DNA of 64,000 nucleotides from Paramecium tetraurelia (taxonomy: Eukaryota): NCBI GenBank assembly GCA_000165425.1, contig CT868529.1, positions 310,001 through 374,000 of the forward strand, written 5' to 3'. A program made the position numbers and the translations under genes. The notes beneath the pieces are model-generated. The model was not told the origin of the DNA. It made no database searches and saw only the letters and a program-made list of their open reading frames with translations. The stretch's first letter is position 1; each line of letters begins with the position of its first letter. Positions 40,801 to 54,497 of the stretch are shown piece after piece.

Positions 40801-43800
40801 ATTAGATTACTCCTAAACGTATTTGGAGATGCTCACTTCTTCAAATTTGTATTTGAAAATAGGAATCTTTTTGACATTGATTATCAGTTGAAATATTTTG
40901 ACAGTCTTGAAAAAGAATACCCAAATAATCATTGTGGCAAAATGATACTGGATATGCTCTTAGCAATTGGTAGCCTTACAGTAAAGATTAAATGGTTCAT
41001 TCAAAAATGCTATAATTACTAAGGGACCCACATATGATATGAAATACAAAATGTATTTTTTAGTAACAAAACTCTCTTCATAATCTTTAACTGTCTTTTA
41101 ATTTTCAAAATCAGTCAATCTGGTTGCTATAATATTGTAAACTCTATCCAAAAATTAGATTATCACAATGTTAATAGTGGCAGTGACCATAACTTCAAAA
41201 GTGGCATCTCTTATTGTTTTATCCTCCTACATCTTCAATTTTAATGCAATTGTTAGAATATAAAGACAAATAACTATTCCACAATATAGAAGAATTAATA
41301 ACATCAAAATCAGTGTGGCTAAAACCATCCTCGAATATAACTCGAGTTCATTGATTCCAACATTATTCATCTAATCATTCTCTACCGATCTTCTATGCTT
41401 TCCAATAAAATTACTTCTCTGAACCTAAATCTCATCCTTTCCCGATTAACCAAATTATAAATTGAAGATCATTTGTTATTTCTACCAAATCACAACAAAC
41501 AAATTAGTCCACTAAATTTAAACAAAGGCAAAGATAATTCTCAACAAGTAAGTTAAATCTGATTTGTCATCCTAAATAACCCATTACACCAAATTACAGC
41601 CTAATGCAATAAAGGCTATCTTAAGTAACATCTTGGTATAATAAGTCTAATAATAAAAGTAGAGACCTATCTTCTAACCGTAATAATCACAAATTAGAAC
41701 AATCGGAGCACTCCAAGGCTTCTAAATATTGAATGCCCACTCAAATTCCAAATGATACAGCTTTTTCCTATAAAAATCATCCTCTAAAATCAAATCGTTT
41801 TAATTAGAACTTAAGTGTCCAAATAATTCATAATGATCATTAACACAAAAAAATTATGATACAACCTTTTGGTTAATCAAATCATTTAATTAGAACATGT
41901 TATTTATTGCTTAATCAGTTAATTTCAATCTTTCAGAAGTAGAAAATAATGATATTTTCTTAAATTCGTTTATTTGGTATTTACACCAACACATAATATG
42001 TTAAAATTTCATAATAGGAGATATAAGCATACTAGGTTTAGAATAAACAACATAAGGCTCTAATTTTTAAACATCAATTAAGTCCCATATTGTGAACAGC
42101 AACTTCTTTTAACTATTTGCTACTTTAAGAGCCTCTTCAAATATGCTTTAATAATTGGATGCTAAGCGTTCTTTCTTAAATAATTTAATTAGTTTTGAAT
42201 TCGGAACCTGATCCTCAGTTAAGAAGTCCTAATATTCCTATATTACACTAAACACTCTTTATTATATTTTCTTAATTTCTTATTAATGATATCTGTTGAC
42301 TTCCTCTTTGATGTTATTTTTATTCAGTTTTTTTATTTCCTCCTTCCTCTAATTTCTAATAACATATAAATCATATGGCTTTAATTATTTATTAATGATG
42401 GCAGCAACATCACTATCAATCTTAAAATGCTTCCGATGTTTTGATATCTCCTTCTCTAAATGAACTAAATATTAATAGTATGCAAACCATTACTCATCAG
42501 TTGGCTATTCTTCATCATCCTGCAAATCCATTTTCCCATATTAAAACAACTACCCATTGATCCTACTTTGATTAGTCTCTCTAGATACTCTTTTGAAATT
42601 GATTTCATCTAACAATTTGATTATTTTTGGTCTCAGATATAAAAACATCTCTGTAACGTCATCATAATCAATTGGTTTCCATATTCTATTATTCAATCTC
42701 AATGGCCTGAAACAATTGTCCACTGGTTCCAAAGAAAACAGATCTGTAAACCAAAAATTCAACTTCTTTTTAAGTTTCTACCTTTCTGCCAAACTTTTAA
42801 GATTCTCTTCATGAGCATATAATCTACATAAAATATACTTTCCATCATCTGTAATACAACTTTTTACACTAAATCCACCCATCATGATTTATATTAGCAT
42901 GATTTATCTAATCAATGTAAGTACATCATTGGTATCTTCGTGACTCCTATGCCATTTCCCATTCACATTTATAAAATAACCTCCTCCTTACATTATTTTG
43001 GGTTTCATTTCCTTAATAGCAGAATAATCTATATCAAAAGTGTCCGTTTGTTTATACTATTGCAAGTTTACAGCTTCGGTCCCCATCAACTTGTTTTGCA
43101 TTTACAAAAGTAAAATAGATAGGGGATCCATTTTTTTATAACTTGAAGATCTATACCATTGTCTGTGATGGATGCTCTCAAAGGGTGTTTGGATATTTTC
43201 TTAATCTAATGGAATCTATTCGAGAATTGTCTCTGATTTCAAATTTGAGTTTTACTTGAATCCAAACCTACTTTTGCTTCTTCTCAAGTAAGGACTCAGC
43301 TTTGTAAATACTCCTTCAATTGCTTTCATAAATATTTAATTGTCGATCTTCTTCATGTCCAATTTAAGAACCTTTTCTATAAAGAGGATAGCATCAATAG
43401 GGGGCATAATCTCTAACTATTCGCATTATGAACAATCAGGATTTGGAAACCTTCATAAATTGCCAATATTTACTTTAATACTGCCTCCGGAAGGATATTT
43501 TCATCAATCTACCCAATGAATCGACCAAATTTATAATTCATTCTTTATTCATCTTTACTTTTTATTTATCTTCCAAGCAATAGCTTTAAATAAATTTCAT
43601 ATGTTGCTAAATACTTGTTGACTGTTTTGACCATGTTCTACATTTTTTAATTCTTTAAAGATGCTCTGCCATTCTTTTGAATGTTACCATTATTTTTTTC
43701 CAAAACAGGGTCATGGATTACATCAAAATTCACAATGTTCTTTTTATTCCTTTACGAATTAGAATCACTCGATTGGCTTGAAGGAGATAGATTAGAATAA

Positions 43801-43805
43801 CTCAT
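34817..43805 (-). CDS. Giant anoctamin (TMEM16)-family protein with long C-terminal extension
   Basis: PIVLICDYYGQKIGLYFYYQTYYTKML and DYMEIFLQ..IFGYSFPF..NIAQMQADKAKFVYFLQRP..LGVWNKILE match anoctamin signatures. Frame checked continuous from the last TM helix to ~38400 with a 23-nt intron at 39349-39371. The 3' end assumes a 25-nt intron near 34913-34937. Confidence 0.8.
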
Positions 43806-44709
43806 TAAACTAAAATATTATTATTACATCTTATTCCCAATATCATTAATATTTTCAAAATTTCATTTATTATGCGAAAGACTGAATAATTATTTCATTC
43901 ATTTGCCATCTCGGCAATAATGAAAACAAAATGGTATATCTTTTTTCAGTAAAATGAACAAAGTAATAAAAAAATAGAAAAAATAGAAAATTTCTAAACC
44001 TTCACTCAAAAACTTAAGACTATTTTTGATTTTCATTATTTAATGTGATTTACAGCATTCTAAAAATAAATTCAAAATTTAATGTAAAATTTTCACATAA
44101 AGCCCGTTCAATTTATTCAAATTATCATTTTTATATCTGGAATATATGTGATATAACGATATTTTCAATTTTGAAATTCAAAAGTAAATCAGCTAAGCAT
44201 ACTTCACATTTTGGGAACCTTTAAAGATGAGTCGCCCTTTAAATGATTTAAAGAATAAAAAACCTAATTAAATAAAAGAATTTCTTGTTAGAATTTATTA
44301 TAATAGAAATTTACATCATTAATTTAAAAACAGACTTGTAAAGATATTTGCTTCATATATATTTTAAGAACTCTGACAAATCTGTCAACTTTTTTCCATT
44401 CAAATTAGATAATCAAAGAAAAATACTAATTATTTACCTAAAACAATTGGAAAATGAATTAATAATGAATAATTAAAATACTTGAAATTTAATTAGTGTA
44501 ATGTTAAATCAATAAAATTAATATTACTTCTTAAAATATTTGGCCATTGGTTAATCAAATCTAATAAAAAAATTGCCTATTTTATATTAAGGTTAGAAAT
44601 AACTTCATAAGTAGTTAAACTTAATAGTCTTACTATTATAAGAAAAAAGAAATATATTAAGATACTTCCCTATTGTCATTTTTTTCTCCATACATAATAA
44701 ATAATTAAT

Positions 44710-46790
44710 ATGCTAATTTTCTTCCAAATACAATTCGCTAGAGCATAATGGCATCTTTATTATAGCTCCTTTAATCAACCTACTTTGATTTATTGTTCCG
44801 ATAATTAATGCCCATTTGGTTTCAAGGATATTTAGAGTTTAAAGAGCTCCCTTTATAGGAATAAAGGGAACTTTATATATTGTAGATCCGACAATTCTGG
44901 GAGGTATTTGGCAGGAGCATAAATGACTAGTGCAAATTGTCCAAATTATTTTTTGAAATGTAGTTGGGATTACGTTTGTTAATAATGTAAGGATGGCATG
45001 TCCAAAAACTTCAATACTTTAGGAAAATAATTGCATCTTATATGATTAAGTGACTAGATGTAAAACTGATTACTAAAATTAGACTCAAAATATTTCCTTC
45101 AACAATTTAATGATTTTACTGTTTCTGATAATATACAATCTTCTTTTGTGTTGGAGTCCTCAACAAGTAAAGACTTTTAAAAAGGTGATATAATCTATTG
45201 GTCTTATATTGATTCAAAATTTGTATTTGGAGGAAAGTATGTTTGTCCCACAGCCAGATTTCATAAATATATACAATTAATTAACCATTCCATTCATTAA
45301 ATATATATTTTGATGCTGTCTTTGGATACAATTTTGATGAGGCTTGTAGTGTAATGTAATGATCATGGATTATCTGCTGATATATGAACAATGTTTGCTA
45401 TGAGATATGTGGGGATGGTCTAGTATCAAAAAAAGAATAAATGTGATGATGATGATGATCTTCCAGATGATGGGTGTTATAATTGTAAATATTCATGTTA
45501 TCCAGCTTGTCCACTCTGTATTTTAGGTGAATGTGTTGATGATTGTAGTGCTTGTAAAGAGGGTTTCTATTTGATATATAAATAGCACAATTTTAAAAAA
45601 TATGTGGCGATGGAATTTTAGTAAAACCTGATGAAGAATGTGATTAGTTTTCAAATGAGGAAGATTTTCAATTTTAAAATTGTAAGAAGATTTGTAATTA
45701 GCATTGTTATATTTGTGATGATAATAAAAAGTGTATTTAATGCAAGATAAACTATGAATTATTTGATGGGAAATGTTACGCTAATTAATTGAACAATGAT
45801 CACTCTTTGATAAATAATTGTATATATTATGAAGACTCTTAATGTAAACAATGTTCAATTGATTATTTCTACCATCCATTTGAAAATAAATGTGTACCTG
45901 TTTGTTGCGATGGAATCATTCTTGATGGAAAACTTTGCGATGATGGTAACAAAATTAATGGAGATGGTTGTGATTCAAAATGTAAACCATCAATAGATAG
46001 TCAATGTGTAAATAAATAAGGCATTTCTTTTCCTCGTCCAATACCTTTATTGAAACTTATAAAAGAAATAGGTAACTCTTAAATAGTTTATTTGACTATG
46101 ATTCATAGGTAAAATTATCAGACGATTATTCAATTCAAATTTTTATAAACTCCATCAAATTTTAAATAAATAATGGAGTTATAAATAAATAGTTTTCTGA
46201 AATTAGTTAGCTAGATTAAGAATCTTATTAATACCTTCAAATGGAAATTAACACTCTTATCTATTATATATTAGGATTATGACTCAATAGCCGAAAAAAT
46301 TGAGTTTAATAATGAATAGTGGCATAATCTACTTATTATTTTATTATTTATTATTCCAGAAGCATTTAAACAATAAAATACATATTTAATTTGGATTCTC
46401 ATGTCTATAAAAAATGTTTTTGAACTATACTTACTGGTCATTTGTTTTAAGTCTCCCATACTTTAAATTTAATACTGTGCTTTAAATGAATTCATGTATT
46501 TTTACTATTTATCTCTTTAAAAAAAATAGCTTCATAAAATTGAATTATTCAAAAAATAATTCACTCATTTCAATTTATTTGTAATAAATTTTATGTATTT
46601 GAAAAATGAATTATTGAAGAATGATCCATTCAAAATAATATTAATAGGTTGGGTTATCATTGCTTTGATGATTTCAATAATAAGCATAACATTGTTAGTT
46701 GATATTTGCAAAATATTATATCCCTTAGTATAAAACCTGTTGGATTAAAATTTAATAAAGAAACTTAATGTGAATATTCAATTGATTTTG
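44710..46790 (+). pseudogene. Decayed cysteine-rich surface/membrane protein gene (CGDG..CDDG..DGC repeats)
   Basis: Signal-peptide-like start and three CGDG-type repeats (45408, 45603, 45903). Early TGA at 45043-45045, frame breaks near 45440 and 45600, eroded TM region after ~46300. Confidence 0.75.
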
Positions 46791-46799
46791 TAATAAATA

Positions 46800-49700
46800 T
46801 CATTTAATAGTTGATAAATTAATAGATTACTATAATTTTAATATTCTTATTCTTTTCCTTTCTCCCTAAAATTATATCTTTTTAGATATATAATTTATTA
46901 TTTATTACTATATTAAATTATTGAAATATAAATAAATTTATAGTACACATTTTATTATGAATAAAAATTCAAATATTAATATTCAAACCTATATTCCATT
47001 AGTTTTTTCGATATGAATAAATGGAGGGGTTATATTTTCAGACAATATAAAAGAAATAATGAAAAAATGATTTAACTGTAACAACAAATTGGAATTTTTA
47101 TGTATAAATTAAAAAAACAATTTTATGGATATCTAATAAGTCTTCCTATTATTTTAAATTAATTTTAATTTTACCTCAAAATTAATTTTACAGTTCTAAG
47201 GTCGATTATTTTATGAGATATGTGTATTAAGTAAATAATTGAACAAAATAAATATCATTTTCAATGGGCATCTTTTAAAATGAATTTCAAAATGTCTGAA
47301 ATTGTTATAATTGCTTAAACTTCTTTATTTTCAGCCAAACAAATCAAAGCTGAACTGTCTGATAAGACTAGATTTTCAACAACCTATTAAAATTATTTCT
47401 TTTACTTCTTTTATGGTTTAATCCATACTAAAGAACTGTTTAGAATAATAAATATAGGCAGGTATATGTGCTTTTTCATTTTATAAGAACACTAATAATT
47501 AAGAGGCTGTCTAAGAAAACTATTGTTCTATTTAGATTATTTACCAATTCAAATAACCCATTTTTTATAATTAATACGATGTCTCTTCTGTTTATTTATC
47601 CAATATATTAATTATTGCTATTAACAATAGGAATGATAAAAGATTTATTATTATGCATCATAGTATAAAATACTCTTGTTTAAAATTAAATAGATACTAA
47701 TAAACAGTTTCATTTTCTTTACAAGTTATAATTTCTTTTGATAGATAATGATTGGAAAAAAATGCTTTAATACTTAATTAATGTTAAGATAGAATGTTAT
47801 TTTATTATTTTAATACTGCTCCTAAATATTGAGTAAAGCCTTTGATTAAAAATGATAGTATATCTTTTTGATGAATAACCCCTTAAAACATTAAAGTCTC
47901 TGGATCGATCACAAAAAGTCTACTATTGCCAGACTTCACAATTTTAACACAAGCATCATATAATCTTTCATCATTTCTACCTTGAACAAACCCAGAAGAT
48001 TCCAACTATTTGAATAAAGAATTAGAAATTACATCGTCTTTCACTATGCGATTCCACTGTTTTATCGAAATAGTCTTCATTTCATAAATTAATCTTAGTT
48101 TTTAATCATCGTTCAATTCACTTGGTTGTTGTTTCTGATATTATTTTTTCTAAATAATTTCTTCTTGGTCTTCACTCTCCTCTTCAATTACATTAAATAA
48201 GGGACCATTCTGTTGTACTAAATTAATTATAATTTTATACATGAAGATTTATTGTTAAATGCATTTTCGTACAGTTTTAAGAGCACTTTAATCAAATCTG
48301 AGTGTGTGAATACTCCATCATAGTTCGAAATGTCTGAATTCCAGAATAATGTTTCTTCTAAGTTTTCCTCAACAAAGATGTAAAATACTTCCCAACAAGT
48401 GAATGTCTAATCCATTACGACTAACTTTTTAATTAATCACACTAATACTTAGTTGTGATGGGCTAAACAATCATATAGATTATTATCTTTTAGAAATTGA
48501 GTGATTGTGTCTTTGTATTTGCTATACTCTTAAGTTGAGATTTATAATTAATTCATAATATAAATTTTATATCATTAATTGAGCTCTTTACTTATTGAAT
48601 CAATAAATCTTAAATTCTACATTTAATTTATGAATAATTATCTATTCAAGTACATTAAAGTCTAAGGGCATCTCAGATTCCTTCATTTCTAAAGGATCAT
48701 AGATTACTATTTTGAATGGCACATATTCTAATTTAAAATAATGTAAATCATGTTTAATTGACTTATTAATCTTAGCTTGTAACCCATTTCTAAGACATGC
48801 TTAACTTAATTCATTGGATAAAGGGAAATCATTAAAATCATACACAAATCTATACTTTCCATCCTATTTTTATAGTTTTATCATTATCAAGAAGGTTTCT
48901 AATTAAACTTTCTATAACATGTAACAGAGGTGTAAAAATTCTAAAAGCGTGAAATTTTGTCTAAAAATTGTTTTTTTGAGTTATTTCAAGATTAACTGAG
49001 GTGGATGTAATGTTAAGATTACATAATTGGAATCAATTTCACACACTTGTTTTAAACATTTTTTATTGAGATCGATTATGCATTCTTATAATTAATCTTA
49101 ATTTACTTGCTTGTTTAATTTATAATTATTTTAAAGTGCTTTGATCATATATGTCAATCCCTATTTCTTTAATCCTCAAATTATAAAATTATCTAATGTA
49201 AGTTCTCTATTTTCCAAAATTGATCCTTTAACACTATGCTAAAAGATAATTCATACATATTATTAAATTGTGCTAAATTTATTTCCTATTAAATGCAAAA
49301 CATCTGTATTTGTTAAATAGATGTTTTCACATTATCCTGAATCCTAAAAGTAAGCTTATAATCTTGGATATTGAATTTCGATGATACCCAGATCTTCCAA
49401 AGATACTGTAATAGGAGTAGATGGAATTGAAAATTTTTAAAATTGATCTTGATGTTAACCAATGTTTATATTTATGTTTTCATTTTGATTCAACTAAAGA
49501 TTTTCACAAATGTATTTTGTGATTATATCAATAGATTCTAGATGCATTAATTGAGTTGTTTCTTCAAAATTCAAATTTCTTATGAAATTTCCAAATTTTA
49601 TCGTAAAAGAATGAAAAGTCAGTATAACAGCATATGAATCAGTGAGCACTACCTTTTCATAACAAATTTATGTTTTAGGGATGATTTCAACTAATTTTTG

Positions 49701-49808
49701 AATTTCTTCCTCTTGAAAGGAAATTTGATTTATTTGCTTTTCAATTTAGTGTTTTTGTGGAGATCGCTATCCAAATTTTTACTCTTGATAAACTTAACTA
49801 GTTTCCAT
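46800..49808 (-). CDS. Large hypothetical protein
   Basis: ATG at 49808 (METSQVYQEQKFGQRSPQK), long coding-like frame with tiny introns. No motif recognised; 3' end uncertain. Confidence 0.55.
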
Positions 49809-49900
49809 TTAATCATTGTCACATAGATATTAGAAATTTTTAATATCTACATTTTTTTTTAGAGGCGAGAGAATTCTAGGTTTTCTTAAATTAAAATTAA

Positions 49901-51561
49901 TCATTTTGGCTCTTTTTATTAAACAAGCCATAATAATATAATAGTCATATCTTCAAACATTCCTTCATTTAATATCCAGCTATTTTTGCATTGCTTGTAT
50001 AATGAGTCACAAGCTGACTTGATTTCATGCAGAGAAAAACCTTTCAGTTGACTCATAATGTCGTTTTCCTCTTGATACGCATAGACTGATGCAGTTGATA
50101 ATATTAAGAAGGTATCCTTAATAGTTATATCATATTCGCGAAAAAATGGTTGAGATGATACTCCGATTACATGGGCAATCACGTCGCCTAGACTTCTGGT
50201 CACATGCAACTACGGGTACAACCTGCCTCTTACAAATACGTATTCTTCCCCCTGAGGGATCTTTCTAACTTCGCCTCCGCTATTAAAAATCCTTGCTTTT
50301 TCAGAACTATCACTAGGGGTATGGATAGGTAATGTTTAGGCCATGATATTACTTTCTTTGGTCTAATTGACTTATTCTTTATAGATGTAAGCTCTGTTGT
50401 CTCCAATTTAAGCGCAATATAATTTGGAATCCCTTTAGATGATAACTAAGTATAAGCATTTGATTTACCTGTTATGACACAACCACTAAGCAAAATGTTG
50501 TGAGTGTCATCCAGTTTCTTTTTCTCAATGTACATTTTTAATTTGTTTTGTAACTTTTTAAATATAATCTCCAACCCTCTCATAGGATTCGTATAAAAGG
50601 TTGGTGTTCTAATTAAGTAATGAAATACCATTCTATAGGTTAGATTACTAATTTTTTCACCAAATTCTCCATGTCCATTACTCAAAATCAAGATCTTTTG
50701 ATAATTGTCATTGTAAATTAAATAATCTTAGGCTAAAGGGGCTGTTTCATTTTTATTTCCCTTTTTACTAATGACTGCTATTCCAATTTGGTTTAATAAT
50801 TATTCAGGGGAGTAATCAGTCTGGATTTCAGATTCTTGATCCTCCGATTCTGAGTCTATTAAATTTGATCGACAGGATAGTTTAACTAATTTATCTTTTC
50901 CTGGTAACAATTTCTAGTCACTTATTTGGGTTCTGATATATAATTGAGAAAGGGGATATTGATGAGGGAAAGATTATTATTTCAAATTAATAGTGTCAGC
51001 AACATCATTTATTTCAAAATTAGCTAAAAATTATTAATCAACTTTGGAATTTACACTACTTTTTCTGGATGTGACATTATCTTCAGCCTATTAGATTAGT
51101 TATTTAATTTTTTTAGTGTTTTCATCTCTTTCTTCAAAAGAATCATCACTCTAGAAGTTTTAGAATTTGGTTTATCTTCTATCATTATATAATTGTTTTT
51201 CTTCAATGTCGCTTTCTTCCTCACTGTCAGTATGAAAAGAATTCTTTTTCTTTTAATGTGAAAAATGCATTTTACTTGATTTAACTGATGGACTTGAAGA
51301 TTTTGATATCTAATCACTGTCATCAGAATAAACAACAGAAGGCTTTTATTCTAATTTTACAGTTTATCTAGGGGATTTATTTTAAAATTAGGATTCCATA
51401 AAATTCTTGGTTTCTAAATTTTTAAACATTGTCATTTTATTTGTCCATTTTCTTGATAATTATGATTATTCAATTCCAACTCCCTCATCAATAAATATAT
51501 TATTCTAGGCTGGTAAATTAAAATTTTATTATTCTTATTCTACACTTGCACCACTACCCAT
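49901..51561 (-). CDS. PP2C/PPM-fold protein, N-myristoylated, probably catalytically inactive
   Basis: MGSGAS start; LSNGHG, SGCVIT, QIGDNRA, HTP..SEKARI, LHVTRSLGD, FLILSTASV, EDMTII; TGA at 49901-49903. Confidence 0.85.
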
Positions 51562-52354
51562 AAATGAATCGATATTATTTTTATAATGCTTTATTAACTA
51601 ATTTATTATAAAATAACTTATAAACTAAACAATATTTATTACAATTTGAAATTGCTTTAAGCAAGAAATTACATTAATCTTAGCTAATCAAAATATTAGT
51701 TGATCTCCATTTCATAATTAAGATATATTGATTTCATAATTTAAAATATTTAGGCAGTAATTTCATATTCTCATTTTTAGAATTTAGCAAATTGTTTACA
51801 ATTATATAAGTGACCAAATAGTAACAAAAATCTCATCTATTATATGCCCAAACTTTGCCATATTTATTGAAATATCATTTAAAATGGTTATTTAAAGATA
51901 TGAATAGCAAATATATAAAAAGGACCAATCAAATGAAAAAAAACAATTTTGTCATCAAAAATTTAGTAACCTTAAGGTTTAATGAGGGCTATTAATAATG
52001 AACATCTGATTATTCATTTAATAAGAGCCAGGATGAATTAAAAAACAATATTTGACTTCTGGTTCGATTTAAAAGGATCAACATACATTGTTATCTTTTT
52101 ATTAATATATCTACTCCTAGATTATTTATTAAAATTGATTATATTTCATTATTCTAATGTTTTTTATTAAATTTTTGATTTTATTATATTTATATTCAGT
52201 TATGATTAAGTTTGAATTACAAAAATGTACATCACTAAATTTATCATTACTTCTTTAATGCCCCTATGCTAAATCTTATTAGAAATCTTATATAAATGTC
52301 TATTTGAATTGTTATTCACACAAATCTTGTTAATTTTTTTATAAAAATTATAAT

Positions 52355-54469
52355 ATGTAGAATTTCGAAGATGAAACATTTGTCCGCTAACTGATATCTG
52401 ATATAACTAGACCAATTGCTGATAAGTAACCAAATCATTTTTAGATAGACTTGAAAAGATATAGAAGGAATTCGAAAATATTAGGCTTAGTATCCACAAA
52501 CACAGTAGAATGATAGATATTATGTCAGATAAATCAGATCAATTATCTTTTGATATGTACTGCAACATCATTATCATAGCAAACTCACTAATGATACAAT
52601 CGAGAATCTCAGAAAGAATATAAAGGAAGATTAATAAAAAGTATTTGAAATTGAAAACCATTTTAATTTGGATTTCAATAATACCAGACTAGAATAAGGA
52701 GTCATAACACAAGAATAGGATAATCTAAAGAAGGAAATCAAAATTTTAGGCGATGTTTAATAAAGTTTGACTGAGAGAGTTGAAATATATAATAATTACC
52801 TAAGTCAGAAATTGTACTAACAAGAGTTTACAATTAGTAATGTCGATACCTCTAATTCAAAAGTCATCAAAGAAATAACAAATTTAAATCTCAAAGTATC
52901 TAATCAATCTATTTAATAGAATCAGGAAGAATTATAAGCTTAAAAAATATAAACTTAAGATATACTAGCAAAAATGTAAAAGAATTCATAAGATCTCAAT
53001 AAGACCCTCTGCAGTTAATAATGGATGTAGGATATGATCGTTGAATTAAGATAAAAATCATAATTCTATCTTACTATTGATTAAGTAGATTCGCAATAAA
53101 AGTAACAAACTCCTTAAAATAATACTCCTCCTGTGATTACTTAGAGTTGTTAAATTTCAAAGTATAAATCATATTGTTATTAGTTAAGTTGATTAATAAG
53201 ATTTCTCTGAAATTATTGCTGAAAAGCTTAATAAACTAAAAAATTAAATTAATACAGAAATGTAATAATAAAAAGAATAAAATTCTTTCTAAATAGAAGA
53301 ATTAAAAAAAGCATTAAATACTTTTAAGTCAGATTTTGTTAGAAGGCTTCAATTAATCTAATCGAATTTAAAGGACACAAATGATAAGTTATTAATCTCA
53401 GTAGGTGAAGTTCAAGAATAAAAGTTGAGTTTGAAATAACAAATCAGTTAAATTAATGAATTGCTCCAAAGATAATTTTCAAAGATTTCTTAAGATATTT
53501 AAACTATATAAACTAATATAACTGGTTTGGATCTTCGGATGGCAGAAACACATTCGACAGTTATTCACGTTTAAGATAAGTAAAAGGAGGCATTTGTCAA
53601 TCAGACACCCTTGGAGTATTTTAATAATTAAAATGATATTATCAGTCTACTGCCTATAAAATAAGAGTCCTAATTTTATGATTCTTTTTAATTCAATAAT
53701 ACTGTTACTTAAAAATTTATCAAAACAGATTAAACTTTATAATTTCAGCCTTAATAATTGAACAGTGTCAAAAAATAAAGAGAAATCTAATTTGTTGAGC
53801 CAGAATAAACTCAAACAGTTACAGAAAACTTAGAAAATTAAAATAATTTGATTACTCCCTAAAGAAAAGTTCAAAATGAAATAATTAAATTAAAGTCAGA
53901 CTTCTTTAATGAATAGCAATACAATCAAAATCAAATGAATAAATTGCTAAAATAGAAGACCATTACAGAATAAGCACTATAAGATGTTGACAAATAACTA
54001 AAATAGTTTCATTCATATTTTGGGGTCATTTTTTCTTTGATCTTACATAATGAGTTAACTGGGACAGATTACCAAGCCAAGATTGTAGGAAATGGGTTTA
54101 AATTTGAATTCTTACCCTTTTAATAGGATGAAAAAACAATGATGTTATATTAAAACAACAAGATTTCAAAAGTAGATCTGTTAATGAAGACTATTATTTG
54201 TACTAACTCTATGATAGCAAAACAAAAATAGAATGGCCTCTAGTTTTAATAAGAAAAATAGAAGTAAAATACAGAAATAATTCGAGAATTATAAAGTAAA
54301 ATTTATAAATATCCTTACAGCCATGTATATCAATAAAAAGAATAGACTCATAGATGACAAATACTAGACTGAAAGACTTAATTTATCTCTAGACACACCA
54401 GCATATTAGTAGACACCAAAATAGAAAGTGACGAAGGTCCTAGTAAAATATAAGAAATTATTGGATTGA
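52355..54469 (+). CDS. Hypothetical coiled-coil, Gln-rich protein
   Basis: ATG at 52355, several 23-25 nt introns that restore the frame, ends KYKKLLD-TGA at 54467-54469. Confidence 0.7.
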
Positions 54470-54497
54470 TTATATTTTTGTAATTTAAACGATTAAC

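Noticed and set aside
45443..45460. GAT trinucleotide run
   Set aside because: It encodes the Asp-rich CDD part of the cysteine-rich repeat; not an independent repeat element.
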